Assembly (NCBI RefSeq): GCF_006345805.1
Contig: NC_043014.1
Span: 9,796,001-9,860,000 of the forward strand
Origin: Octopus sinensis
Taxonomy: Eukaryota
DNA: 64,000 nucleotides
Direction of reading: 5' to 3'
The notes under the pieces: generated by a model
Told to the model about the DNA's origin: nothing
What the model saw: the letters and a program-made list of their open reading frames with translations, nothing else
Database searches by the model: none
Made by a program: the position numbers and the translations under genes
Part shown: one piece after another, positions 13,046 to 25,468 of the stretch
How the letters are laid out: each line of letters starts with the position of its first letter
Position numbering within the stretch: the first letter of the stretch is position 1

Positions 13046-13277
13046 CATCAGAAATCTGCAATGACTCCATATCTACCGTCTCAGCTAAAACGTTGGAGCC
13101 CCAGTAACGTTACAGTACTTAGCTAGCGTATCTAATCGTTTAGATCACCTAAACCCCCAAAGTATGGGGGTTTAGTTCACAAGTGATCTAAACACAAGGT
13201 AAGTGCTGTAACGGATTACTGGGGCTCCAATGTTTTAGCCGAGATGTTAGTTATGGATCCATTGCAGATTTCCGATG
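13046..13277. mobile_element. Foldback/MITE-like inverted repeat (~77-bp arms with nested inner hairpin)
   Basis: CATCAGAAATCTGCAATG...GTTACAGTACTTA pairs with TAAGTGCTGTAAC...CATTGCAGATTTCCGATG; inner TTTAGATCAC/GTGATCTAAA and CTAAACCCC/GGGGTTTAG. No TSD seen. Confidence 0.7.
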
Positions 13278-13839
13278 TTGTTACAAAGGAGAGCAAACGT
13301 TAAGGCATGCTGGAGCACCACATTAATGGGTTTAAGTCGAATAAATGGAACCGAGGTTTACTCTTTGTAAGCCTGGTACATATTCTATCTGCCGAACCAC
13401 TAAGCTTACGGGGACATAAACACACCAACATCAAAAATAGCTGTTACTTTGTAGCAGGGTGTGCTACAAATAGATGCTAAAGCTTTCCCTTTCTGTGGAA
13501 AGGGGTCGTTTTATGCGCGATTTCGATGTCACATTCGCTAAACATATTCGAAATAACCTGGACAATAAGTACAAAACCGCCAAGCAAATCTTCGTTGTGG
13601 GAAAACACCCGATGTCCGGAGGTGAGACACGTTGAATGCAATGGAAAAACCCGCGGAAAAAATATTTTACACCGAATTACAAATAGGTCCTTTCGGAAAT
13701 ATTTACGGAGGCAAAAGCAGGAGACATCATGAATCGAATGCTCATGTGAGTACAAACGGAATAAAACAAGTAACTTTTTTTTTCGGGTAACTTTATAAAT
13801 AGCCAAACGGGAGAAATGCTTTGAAAGTAGCGTACCTGT

Positions 13840-13958
13840 GGCGCAGGAGTGCCTGTGTGGTAAGTAGCTTGCTTACCAACCACATGGTTCTGGGTTCTGT
13901 CTCACTGCGTTCTGGGTTCTGTCCCACTGCGTTCTGGGTTCTGTCCCACTATAGCCTC
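13840..13958 (+). mobile_element. SINE-A head with triplicated 22-bp B-box segment, 3'-truncated
   Basis: GTTCTGGGTTCTGTC(T/C)CACTGC units start at 13887, 13909 and 13931. Confidence 0.8.
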
Positions 13959-14398
13959 TTCACGAGGTCAGCGGCGTAACCTGACCGGGTCCTCGGCTGC
14001 GAAGACGAGGCCGGGGGTCGGAGGAGGAGGCGAGAGAAAATGCGCTAACGAAAAGGGGTTCGATTGCGAGAGGACGAACCTGCGGGCGTTGAAAGGCGGG
14101 CGTGAAGAGGCGGGCAGACGCGGGTGTCGAGGGAACGCGTCTGAAAGGCGGGCGGTGTGGCGGCGGCAGAGATTCGAGGACGCGCCAGCCGTGTAGAGTC
14201 GACCTTGCACCGGCAATAGGGGAGCTAACCGTTGGCAGAAAGGAGCGTCGACAACATCCCTTCCAGGCGGTCACCTATGCCGTTCGGCCACGACCCTACA
14301 TAAAGAGCGGTTGTGCGGCGGATGCCGGCGGGCGAGCGAGCGAAGGCGGGCAAACGCGTGCGTCAAAAGGGGCGGGAGAACGCAGCTATATATATAAG
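13959..14398 (+). promoter_or_regulatory. GC/CpG-rich island with six GGCGGG boxes and a downstream TATA-like motif (promoter-like or LTR U3-like; function unproven)
   Basis: GGCGGG at 14095, 14109, 14147, 14327, 14345 and 14371; TATATATATAAG at 14387-14398; sharp GC contrast with the flanks. Confidence 0.3.
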
Positions 14399-15547
14399 CT
14401 TTCTTATATTCGACTTAATCCGTAAAGCCTTCTGCTCAAGGAAAAAAAAAATAATAATTCAATATGTTTAATCTGCTGGAATGAACTAAGAGATCAACAT
14501 ATAATCTATTATTGTATATCTTTTTGCTTGATGTTATTTTGCTCGTATCTTACAAATGCATGTTTGAATTATAAATTTGTAATTTTTTCAAGACTTATAC
14601 ATGCCCTGATACCGTCGGTATCTACATATCAAATTTGGGCGCAATCGGATGGAGGATGCCCGTGGTCCTAGAAGATACACACACAGTCAGAGCAGATTTT
14701 ATATAATAGATGAAAATGAAAATAAATACAGAAAGTGGAACAGAAGAAGAAGAAGCATAACTATTCATAATATTCAGCGAAGGAAAAGAATCGGTATAAA
14801 TTCAAAAGAGGAGGAGGAAAGATCTGAACGTTAGTGCATCTATATCTGTTTACAAAACAAGGATTAGAACTCTTATACGGTACGTTTTATAAGAATATCT
14901 AATTACACACTCTGGAAATATAGTCAGTAGAAAAAGCGAAGTTTTGGCAGTTAAGAGGTAAATGTGTCACGATTGAAAACAGATGTATTATATGTCACCA
15001 ATAAATAATTTATTAAGCTGGCACACTTACCTTATAACTGCAGCAGCTCTAATGTATTGATGTATTGTCCTTTTAATTATATTTTGTTTATGATAACAAA
15101 TATATCTTTATGATATATATAAGATTTGTATTTCAATAAAACATATTCATAACGAAGACGTATTAATGGAGTTTTATCTTATTACACACAGACACTTATA
15201 CATATACACACATTTATGTACGCGTAGCTATAGGTATATGTGCATGTGTGTATGCATGTATGTATATATGTACGTATAAGTATGTATTATATTAATAAAC
15301 ACGCTCTATACCATATCAATATATATACATACATACATACATACATACGAGTATGTGGTGTGTGTGTGTATGTATGTATGTATAGATATATATCTTTTAA
15401 ATAAATGACACATTCTCTATAATATATATACATACATACATAAATAAATAAATACATATTCGTACGTGGTCTGTGTGTATGTATAGGTATATATCTATTA
15501 ATAAATGACACAATCTATATAATATATATATATATATTATATATATA

Positions 15548-15578
<31 letters not shown>

Positions 15579-16019
15579 GCGTATATTAATAAAAAAATAT
15601 TATGAATTATATATATATAATATATATATATTATATAATAACACAATCTCTTATTATATATATACATATATATATATATATTTGCGATGTGTGTATGTAC
15701 GCACGAAAGTATGCATGTGTGTATAAAGCTTTGTGACAAATATAATGTGGAAGAGATTATAAAACATATACATATCGGTAGATTAGTTTTTTTACAGTAA
15801 CGGAAATTCCTCTTTTCCTCCTTTGCTGGTAAACAATAGGTCTCAGGCACAACCGACAAACAGTTACAGACTTAAAGACGGGGGAATGATCTTGCATCTA
15901 AGACATTCACTGAAGTTTATTGGATGTTTTACTGAGGAGACGCAAGTTTCAGGATCTCTTTCCGATGGATATAGGAGTTTAAATGATGAGAAAACTGTAT
16001 TGACGACAAACTCTGCAAT

Positions 16020-16300
16020 GGCGTCCATCTTGCTGTAATCACTGAGAGAAATAACAAACGAGTTGATGAAGTAATTCAGGAAGAAAATCCTACATTATCA
16101 GTGAAGAATTGGCAATAAAGCTTAGTTCAAACCATACAACTGTCCATCGTCATTGTCAACAACTTGGAAAGGTTCCTAAACTTGGAAAATGGAAAATTGT
16201 TTGAGAGCAACCGCAAATCCTGAGTTGACATCTGCTCTTCTCTCTATTCTCGCGAACTCATTTAACGCTTGTTGGATAGACTTGTTACTGGTGGAGACTG
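16020..16300 (+). pseudogene. mariner transposase N-terminal (HTH) remnant
   Basis: ELAIKLSSNHTTVHRHCQQLGKVPKLGKW and LDRLVTG correspond to the mariner HTH-KLGKWVPH and first catalytic (VTGDE) regions. No TIRs found. Confidence 0.75.
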
Positions 16301-16896
16301 CTGCAAATTATACTAATGCATTAAGGGCGATTGTGGAAGACCTTTGCGTATTTGCAATTCTATGTAATGTTGATATCTCAGCAGTTGACGACAAATTTGA
16401 AGGAGAGAACGATGGATTTCTGCTCTGGTTGCTGGAAGCGTCGGGAGCCAATAAGGACACTCTGTATTTTACTAATTTGGTGACAGGGTATGAAATGCGC
16501 CTATAAAGCCCAGTCCATGGATTGACGTAACACGTCCAATCCAAGGCCTAAATATTTGAGAGACAGTGATCGGCACCAAATGTCATGGTGAATATTTGGA
16601 AGATTAAAAGATATTCGTTCTCACTGAATCCGAAATCAGTTCTGATTCCCCACGTTAATGCGTGACCAAGCACATCTTTGTTAGCCAAGAGGACAATCAG
16701 CAAATCGAGCCGGTTTCCCCGTACAAGGTGTGGCCTAGATCTGGGTTTCTTATTTTCATTTCTGTTATTTCAAATGAAGGACAGTCTTTGGAAACAAAGA
16801 ACTGAAGATACAGATGAAATTAAAATAATTTGGAATAAGTGGGTAAAACAGTGAGTATTAAATGTTTTTAAAAAAGAAATTCGAGAAATGAATACC

Positions 16897-17312
16897 TGTT
16901 TCTTTACTACCCACAAGGAGCTAAACACAGAGGGGACAAACAAGGACGGACAAACGGATTAAGTCGATTATATCAACCCCAGTGCGTAACTAGTAATTGT
17001 TTAACCGACCCCGAAAGGATGAAAAGAAAAGTCGACCTCGGCGGAATTTGAACTCAGAATGTAACGGCAGACGAAATACCTATTTCTTTACTACCCACAA
17101 GGGGCTAAACATAGAAGGGACAAACAAGGACAGATAAACGGATTAAGTCGATTATATCGACCCCAGTGCATAACTGGTACTTGTTTAATCGACCCCGAAA
17201 GGATGAAAAGTAAAGTCGACCTCGGCGAAATTTGAACTCAGAACGTAACGGCAGACGAAATACGGCTAAGCATTTCGCCCGGCGTGCTAACGTTTCTGCC
17301 AGCTCGCCGCCT
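16897..17312 (-). mobile_element. SINE family C, head + 2 x 184-nt module
   Basis: 17-bp TSD TTCGAGAAAT(G/A)AATACC at 16880-16896 and 17313-17329; A-box head GGCGGCGAGCTGGCAGAA; B box GAGTTCAAATT in each module. Confidence 0.9.
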
Positions 17313-18305
17313 TTCGAGAAATAAATACCACAACATTACAAGTACATTACTTTTAGAGTAACTGTAGTGTTCTGCTTTTGTATAAAGGAATAATTACTTT
17401 ACCAACATGTGCAATTTAATGGTGTATATCATGTAATAAAAATGTTATAGCCAACAACTTCGCATTACCTTCGAGCCAACCATCAACAGTATGAATATAT
17501 GTGTGTGTGTGTAAATATATATGTTCACAGTGTATAAATGTGAAAAGATCACCTTCCCCAATTTTGCCCTATTGATATATTTCGTGTCTTTTATGATACA
17601 GTTTATATATATTTTACACTTTTATTTTTTTGGTTTTATTCGTATTTCAATATATTCACTTGAGTTAGAATTGAAATTATGTTCACAGCAATCCAATAAT
17701 TTAAAATTCGTTTTCTGTTTGCGTATGTGAAATTACTACACAATGCCTACGATCTTTCGACTCGAAGTAAATCTATTTGTGTTGTCTTTGTAAAATCTAC
17801 TATTGCATTTCAAATTTTAAAAAGAATATATGAAGATTTGAGAATATTGAACAGCTATTTTATTAGGCTATTCAACTGAATAAATCTGTCATTTATTGGC
17901 AAAAGGAAAATGTTGAACTATAGAAATATGCGAACATAGAGTTACTGGAATACATCATTGATTTATCGAATATAAAGCATATGCCTTTTATTTTATAATC
18001 GTTTCTATGCTTTTCGGGGTATGAGGTTAAGGAGAGGAGATGGAATAAATATATCTGATAAAGATACAGCTTATGGTAAAAAATAGTAGCTTCCTTCTTA
18101 TCTCTGAATCCATTCCACACTTGATTTCGATTGTTCATATAAATATCCCATTTTATATCGTTACTGAGGAAGTCGTTTAATGCTTTTTGATCAAATATTT
18201 GGTTAAGTGATTCTTCAATGTGTATAACTGTTAAAATATTCCTCCTATGTATGTGGCAAACTACAATGATTCCTGACTACAGAAATCCTTGCTTTCACTG
18301 ATTGG

Positions 18306-18614
18306 GATGGAAGCACTCCGTCGGTTACGACAATGAGGGTTCCGGTTGATCCGAATCAACGGAACAGCCTGCTCGTGAAATTAACGTGTAAGTGGCTGAG
18401 CACTCCACAGACACGTGCACCCTTAACGTAGTTCTCGGGGATATTCAGCGTGACACAGAGAGTGACAGGGCCGGCCCCTTGAAATACAGGTACAACAGAA
18501 ACAGGAAGTAAGAGTGAGAGAAAGTTGTGGTGAAAGATTACAGCAGGGATCACCACCATCCCCTGCCGGAGCGTCGTGGAGCTTTTAGGTGTTTTTTATT
18601 GAGCGAAAACACCT
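18306..18614 (-). mobile_element. SINE family B (tRNA-Arg-like, OR-type), 5'-truncated with a snap-back inversion
   Basis: Body matches 21926-22307; at 18587-18614 the sequence switches strand (AGGTGTTTT-TTATTGAGCG-AAAACACCT). Confidence 0.85.
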
Positions 18615-18692
18615 TTCACTGATTACAGGTGATCACACGAAGGAAGCAATTATTCATTATGTAGTTTCGTATAGCTTAATACTCATGTACCG

Positions 18693-19098
18693 TTACTCTT
18701 ACTCTTTACTCTTTTACTTGTTTCAGTCATTTGACTGCGGCCATGCTGGAGCACCGCCTTTAGTCGAGCAAATCGACCACAGGACTTATTCGTTGTAAGC
18801 CTAGTACTTATTCTATCGGTCTCTTATGCCGAACCGCTAAGTTACGGGGACGTAAACACACCAGCATCGGTTGTCAAGCGATGTTGAGGAGGTCAAGCAC
18901 AGACACTCAAACACACACACACACATGTTTATATACATATATACGACGGGCTTCTTTCAGTTTCCGTCTACCAAATCCATTCACAAGGATTTGGTCGGCC
19001 CGAGGCTATAGCAGAAGACACTTGCGCAAGGAGCCACGCAGTGGGACTGAACCCGAAACCATGTGGTTGGTAAGCAAGCTACTTACCACACAGCCACT
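18693..19098 (-). mobile_element. SINE family A
   Basis: Near-complete copy with tail (TACTCTT)n on the + strand and head through AGTGGCTGTGTGGTAAG. Confidence 0.9.
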
Positions 19099-19151
19099 TC
19101 AGAATGGTCATACAGAATCCTTATACTCAATTTATTTTCTTGCAACTTGCA

Positions 19152-19248
<97 letters not shown>

Positions 19249-19388
19249 AACAGAATCTGTTCTGTTCAGCCACTTACACTTTCATTTCACGAGCTGGGTG
19301 TTCCGTTGATCGGATCAACTGGAACTCTCGTCGTCGTAATCGACGAAGTGCCACGATATATATATATATATAATATATATTGTCCAGA

Positions 19389-19582
19389 CGCCATGATAGA
19401 TCGTTAGCCACTACGCACAATTTTTCTCTCCTTGTTTTTTTTTTCTGTGTACCTTTCTGTAGAAGAGCGTACGCTCGAAACGTAAAATACTTTTTCTATT
19501 CCTGAATGCTATACTAATACATCTGTTTGTTTTCTACACCACCTGTCTTCGTCTTTTGCGTATTTTCGTAAACTTTCCATTT
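19389..19582 (+). mobile_element. H1 element with hammerhead-like motif
   Basis: CTTT-CTGTAGAA-GAGC-GTAC-GCTC-GAAAC-GT-A-AAA, core at 19457-19464; 3' end abuts (TA)n. Confidence 0.65.
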
Positions 19583-20081
19583 ATATATATATTATATATA
19601 TATTATATATATTATATATATATTATATATAAAGATGCATGTATGTATCTATGTATCGATGTTTATAATTTGTGTTGTGTGTGTGTGTGTGTATGTATGT
19701 TTATCTAGAAACATCTTAAAACGAGCGAGACACGGCAGCCTCATATGCTGCTACAACTAGCAAGAATTTTATTTTCGTATCTCTGTGTGCCTTCTTAAAA
19801 TTGGAAATGGCATGTACATATATTATGACATCCACATACGGTCTATGATTATAGGCACGTCCGACCATGATATCTACGCGTATGTCAATCACCACAGCAT
19901 TGTAGTTAATATCCATCTCCTTTATTCTCTCTCCCTCTTTCTCTCTCTCTCTCCTTTCAATTTATAAGTCTGTCATCTGACAATTTCTTCTTTATGCTTT
20001 CATTCTCTGTTTGCTAAATGAAAAAATTTTTGTAAAACGCAATACCTTGATTTTCAAATACACCGTATAATTTCCTCGCAT

Positions 20082-20476
20082 TGGCTGTGTAGTAAGTAGC
20101 TTGTTTAACAACCACATGGTTCCGGGTTCAGTCCCACTGCGTGGCACCTTGGGCAACTGTCTTCTACTATAGCCTCGGCCGACCAAAGCCTTATGAGTGG
20201 ATTTGGCAGACGGAAACTGAAAGAAGCCCGTCGTATATATGTATGTATGTATATATATGTGTGTGTGTATTTCTGTGTCTGTGTTTGTCCCCCAAGCATT
20301 GCTTGATAACCGATGCTGGTGTGTTTACGTCCCCGTCACTTAGCGGTTCGGCAAAAGAGACCGATAGAACAAGTACTGGGCTTACAAAAGAATAAGTCCC
20401 GGGGGTCGATTTGCTCGATTAAAAGGCGGTGCTCCAGCATGGCCGCAGTCAAATGACTGAAACAAGTAAAATAGTA
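20082..20476 (+). mobile_element. SINE family A
   Basis: B box GGTTCAGTCCC, internal microsatellite, standard tail. Confidence 0.9.
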
Positions 20477-21108
20477 ATGGTTACACATATGGAATCTCAA
20501 ATGAAACCACACAAATACGTGTTCAAAGGCAAAGATAGACGTATGAATATTTGAACGCACAAACACGCACACTTGTTCGATGAAACAAAATACTACAACA
20601 AGCAATGTTTATTTCGAATATTTACTTGCGGCAGCATATTTCTTTCGGAGAAAAAAAAATATGCGTGTACCAATTAGAAATGTCAGTATTCTGTCGACAT
20701 ACGCGTTGATGCATGACAAAGAAAATAATGGCATCTACAGCCTTTATTTTGTATCGTCTCTAAATAATAATAATAATACTATTATTACTGCAGTGACATG
20801 CCTGTTTGTTTGTGTGTGTGTATGTGTGTGTGTGTGTGTGCGTATGTGTGTGTGTATGTGTGTGTGTGCGTGCGTGCGACGGTGTGTGTGTGTTTATGTG
20901 TATGTACCTGTGTGTGTACGTATACATACACATCTAAATCTCCTTAAAAAAATGTCTATTTTACACGTGCTTACCAAACACGCCTATCCATATGTGTGTG
21001 TGTGTATGTATGTATGTATGTATGTATGCATCTATCTATCTATATATATATATCTATATATATACATATATATGTATATTTGTGAGTGAGTGCGTATATA
21101 TGGATGTA

Positions 21109-21163
<55 letters not shown>

Positions 21164-21450
21164 TTCTGTGTGCGTCGGTGTGTGTGTGTTTATCTGTATC
21201 TGTGTGTATGTGTACGTGTATGTGTGTATAAGTGCATGTGTGTTTGTGTATGTGTATGTGTGTGTGTCTGCATATATGTGTGTCCGAAAATAGCTCTTCT
21301 AAAGCACAGAATATATACATTTTCAACCAGGAATAATCTGTTAAACAGGCTGGCGGAGATCATATCACGTTGCAGTCTACAAATCTATGTTCAAAATATC
21401 GTTCGATTCGAAGTAAAATAGACAGTAAAAATAGACAGTAAAATAGACCT

Positions 21451-21856
21451 AGGCGTAGGAGTGGCTATGTGGTGAGTAGCTTGCTTACCAACCACATGGT
21501 TCCGGGTTCAGTCCCACTGCATGGCACCTTGGGCAAGTATCTTCTACTATAGCCTCGGGCCGACCAAAGCCTCGTAGGTGGATTTGGTAGACAGAAACTG
21601 AAAGAAGCCCGTCGTATATATGTATATATATATATATATATATGTGTGTTTGTGTGTCTGTGTTTGTCCCCCACCTCAACATCGCTTGGCAACCAATGCT
21701 GGTGTGGTTACGTCCCCGTCACTCAGCGGTTCGGTAAAAGAGACTGATAGAATAAGTACTAGGCTTACAAAGAATAAGTCCCGGGGTCGATTTGCTCGAC
21801 TAAAGGCGGTACTCCAGCATGGCCACAGTCAAATGACTGAAACAAGTAAAAGAGTA
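21451..21856 (+). mobile_element. SINE family A, full length
   Basis: A box TGGCTATGTGG, B box GGTTCAGTCCC, tail AACAAGTAAAAGAGTA. Confidence 0.9.
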
Positions 21857-21925
21857 TACATTTAAGAATAGCTTAATTCATATTCATGGATGTGTTTATA
21901 TTTTGTAACGATGTACTCTATGTAA

Positions 21926-22307
21926 TGGAAGCACTCCGTCGGTTACGACGACCAGGGTTCCGGTTGATCCGAATCAACGGAACAGCCTGCTCGTGAAATT
22001 AACGTGTAAGTGGCTGAGCACTCCACAGACACGTGTACACTTAACGTAGTTCTCGGGGATATTCAGCATGACACAGAGAGTGACAAGGCTGGCCCTTTGA
22101 AATACAGGTACAATAGAAACAGGAAGTAAGAGTGAGAGAAAGTTGTGGTGAAAGAGTACAGCAGGGATCACCACCATCCCCTGCCGGAGCCTCGTGGATC
22201 TTTTAGGTGTTTTCGCTCAATAAACACTCACAACGGTCTGGGAATCGAAACCGCGATCCTATGACCGCGAGTCCGCTGCCCTAACCAGTGGGCCATTGCG
22301 CCTCCAC
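21926..22307 (-). mobile_element. SINE family B, full length
   Basis: 11-bp TSD ACTCTATGTAA at 21915-21925 and 22308-22318; tRNA-Arg-like head (GGACTCGCGG anticodon arm, GGTTTCGATTCCC). Confidence 0.92.
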
Positions 22308-22633
22308 ACTCTATGTAACACCCAAACACCCAAACAGACAGCAGACAGAAATCGCCATTTATCTACATAATTTCCTAAATAGATCCACTTATTTCGGTTA
22401 GTGACTTATTCACGAATATACCACGAATGACAAAGCCTTTCATATCACTTCAGGCAAATGACAATCGCTGCATGAAAGACTGTTCTGCTTTTAGACAAAT
22501 GCGCTGTTATCACAAAGGTCACACCTTGTTTACATGTAGGAAGGAATACCTTCTTAATTTATATTGATAAATGTGTTAATGTTTTGTAACGACCATCCAC
22601 AGAAGAGGACAGAACTCGCCATTTATCTACCAA

Positions 22634-23065
22634 CTAGCAGCATAGCCCGGCATTGCCCGGGTATGTAAGAGCCCCTAGTAGGCAACGACTAATCCCAATC
22701 TAGTCCTTTCCCTCTTGGGAACGAAGGCGCATGTGCAGGTTGCAATATCTTCTCATCACTCGAATACTTCTGTGTATACGATGTTCCTAGCTGTCCCTTT
22801 GGGCGATAAAAAGGTCGAGTTGTGTCCCCTAGACAGAAAATGTGTTGCATATAAAAAGCTTAGATTCTGGACCCCATGTCGAATTTATCGATCTTTCTCA
22901 GAACTGGGGGAACTTTTCAAAATTTTCGCTGCATTAGTTTTGAATTATGACATTGGGCTATGTGTGTGTCAAGTTTCATCAGAATCGGTTGAAAACCGTG
23001 GTCAGGGTGAGGGTACAACCTGACAGACACACAGACAGACAAACTGCCGTTTATATATAGAGAGA
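22634..23065 (-). mobile_element. Non-autonomous Helitron (432 bp)
   Basis: Minus strand starts TCTCTCTATATATAAA after A; ends with hairpin CCCGGGCAATGCCGGG then CTAG before T. No TSD. Confidence 0.82.
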
Positions 23066-23143
23066 TAACATTGTAATCTGCACTGTATACATACAGTTCA
23101 AACGCTTTTTATGTATAAGAATATTTCTTAATTCGTATTGATA

Positions 23144-23305
23144 GGCGCAGGAGTGGCTGTGTGGTTAGTAGCTTGCTAACCAACCACATGGTTCTGGGTT
23201 CAGTCCCACTGCGTGGCACCCCGGGCAACTATCTTCTGCTATAGCCTCGGGCCGACCAAAGCCTTGTGAGTGGATTTGGTAGACGGAAACTGAAAGAAGC
23301 CCGTC

Positions 23306-23337
<32 letters not shown>

Positions 23338-23560
23338 GCGTGTGTGTGTTTGTGCGTCTGTGTTTGTCCCCCTAGCATTGATTGACAACCGATGCTGGTG
23401 TGTTTATGCCCCCGTTACCTAGCGGTTCGGCGAAAGAGACCGATAGAATAAGTACTGGGCTTACAAAAGAATAAGTCCCGGGGTCGAGTTGCTCGATTAA
23501 AGGCGGTGCTCCAGCATGGCCGCAGTCAAATGACTGAAACAAGTAAAAGAGTAAAGAGTA
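23144..23560 (+). mobile_element. SINE family A, full length
   Basis: Head GGCGCAGGAGTGGCTGTGTGG through tail AAAAGAGTAAAGAGTA. Confidence 0.92.
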
Positions 23561-23970
23561 TACGGGATGTTTTCGTAAGTGTTGAAAATGTATTGATAAT
23601 CTGCACGTTATTTTATTTTTATAATCAGTTTGCAAATTTATTTGCTGGGAACGCACAAAAGACCTTTTCAGAGTTATTTACTTTAAATCCTTATTATCTC
23701 ATATCAGATTAGCATGTTATTACGTAACATGCTTCGCGATTTTCGCATACATAATTTATTGGTATTTCTTCCTCAGTTCTATATATTCTGGGAACGCATT
23801 AAAGCGCTTTTCTGGGCTACTTTATCTGAACTCTTGCTATCGGGTAACTACTTTCATATTATTACGTAAATGACTTCACAATTTGGGGAGTCATAATTTT
23901 TCCTAAAAACAAAAGCCTATCTAAGACGGTTCAGCATTCTCTGTAAATGCACAAAAGCCGTTAGATTCAT

Positions 23971-24376
23971 TACTCTCTTTTACTCTTTTACTTGTTTCAG
24001 TCATTTGACTGCGGCCATGCTGGATCACCGCCTTTAGTCGAGCAACTAGACCCAAGGACTTATTCTTCGTAAGCCCAGTACTTATTCTATCGGTCTCTTT
24101 TGCCGAACCGCTAAGTTACGGGGACGTAAACACGCCAGCATCGGTTGTCAAGCAATGTTAGGGGGACAAACACAGGCACACAAACACACACACACATATA
24201 TATATACATATATACGACGGGCTTCTTTCAGTTACCGTCTACCAAATCCACTCACAAGGCTTTGGTCGGCCCGGGGCTATAGCAGAAGACACTTGCCGAA
24301 GGTGCCACGCAGTGGGACTGAAACCTGAACCATGTGGTTGGTTAACAAGCTACTTACCACACAGCCACTCCTGCGC
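23971..24376 (-). mobile_element. SINE family A, full length, inverted relative to 23144-23560
   Basis: Reverse complement of the family consensus. Confidence 0.92.
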
Positions 24377-24381
24377 TCATT

Positions 24382-24601
24382 ACAACATTTAAATTTAATT
24401 TGTCAAAATACTTTCGTCGCTTTGAGACCACGACTTGATCACTGACAAAATTCCATGCTGCATCAGAATTTTGTCATGGAAAAGGTCACGGCCTCAAAGC
24501 GACGAAAATGTTTTAACCATTTAAATTTATATGTTGAAGTGAATCTAACGGTTTTGTGTGTTTTAAATGGCTTATAAACATGCTCCACGCTGCAATTGTT
24601 A

Positions 24602-24610
<9 letters not shown>
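24382..24610. mobile_element. Foldback/long-TIR MITE fragment, same family as 48905-49080
   Basis: Imperfect inverted repeat TTTCGTCGCTTTGAG...TGACAAAATTC / GAATTTTGTCA...CTCAAAGCGACGAAA; outer end GCTGCAATTGTT shared with the 48.9-kb copy. Confidence 0.6.
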
Positions 24611-24637
<27 letters not shown>

Positions 24638-25070
24638 GAAGTAAGTACATATATGTGAAACAAGGTAGAAAAAAAAGAGTACTCAAATACTAGGAGTAGA
24701 GTAACATATATATAAATAAGAAGGTGTTTGTATGATTGTGTGTGTGCATATATATATAACATGAAGTATGTGTCGAAGTTTCCATTTGTAAAACATAAGA
24801 CACTTATACTGGGACGGATTTGATTTCATTAGTATATTATTGACAAATGTCTCTCACTGTTAAATTATCGCGTTACATTATTGAACAAATACAGAATCTC
24901 ATTCACTGAAAATTGTCATTGAGAAATAGTTTTGGCAGAATTTGAATATGGACGGCTCTTTCCATAAAAGAAACTACTAACCTAAATATGATACATTTAT
25001 AACCCCAATGGCATTATATTTTCGACAAAAGTTGAGTTTCTTGTAAATAGGTAACTGTAAATATATAAGA

Positions 25071-25468
25071 CTAGCAGTATCGCCCGGCGTTGCTCGGGTT
25101 TGTAAGGGAAATAACTATATAAGTATATTTAGAGACGTAAAGTATAATAGCCATCTCAATATGGCTAACCACAAAGGGGAGGGGGGACTGTAAAAAAATT
25201 ATTATTAAATCTCAGAACGTAAAAAGCTACAGAGTTACTTCCCTTATATATGTCAAAAATGCATTAAAAATGGGAAAAAATTGATGCTAATTTTTTTTTT
25301 AAATCGTAGACTCATCGTAGACGCGCGCTAATACTCAGAAGGGCTCGATATGAATCACGACTATAAGATACCCGGTTTTGGTTAAACTGCACCGCAAAAT
25401 GTGGGAGTAGTTAGGAATCTAAATCGTAGGAGACAGACAGCACACAACCTCACTTTTATATATAAAGA
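25071..25468 (-). mobile_element. Non-autonomous Helitron (398 bp)
   Basis: A|TC start (TCTTTATATATAAAAG), hairpin CCCGAGCAACGCCGGG, CTAG|T end. Confidence 0.82.

Noticed and set aside
13960-14425. Overlapping R/P/G-rich ORFs in the GC island
   Set aside because: Expected from high GC on both strands; no recognisable domain. I also found no convincing HDV-like ribozyme fold by eye.
16189-16506. 105-aa ORF as a host exon
   Set aside because: The 5' half overlaps the mariner remnant out of frame; the rest has no recognisable motif.
16517-16542. Hairpin TGGATTGACGT-AAC-ACGTCCAATCCA as a Helitron 3' end
   Set aside because: No CTRR terminus downstream and no matching 5' TC end.
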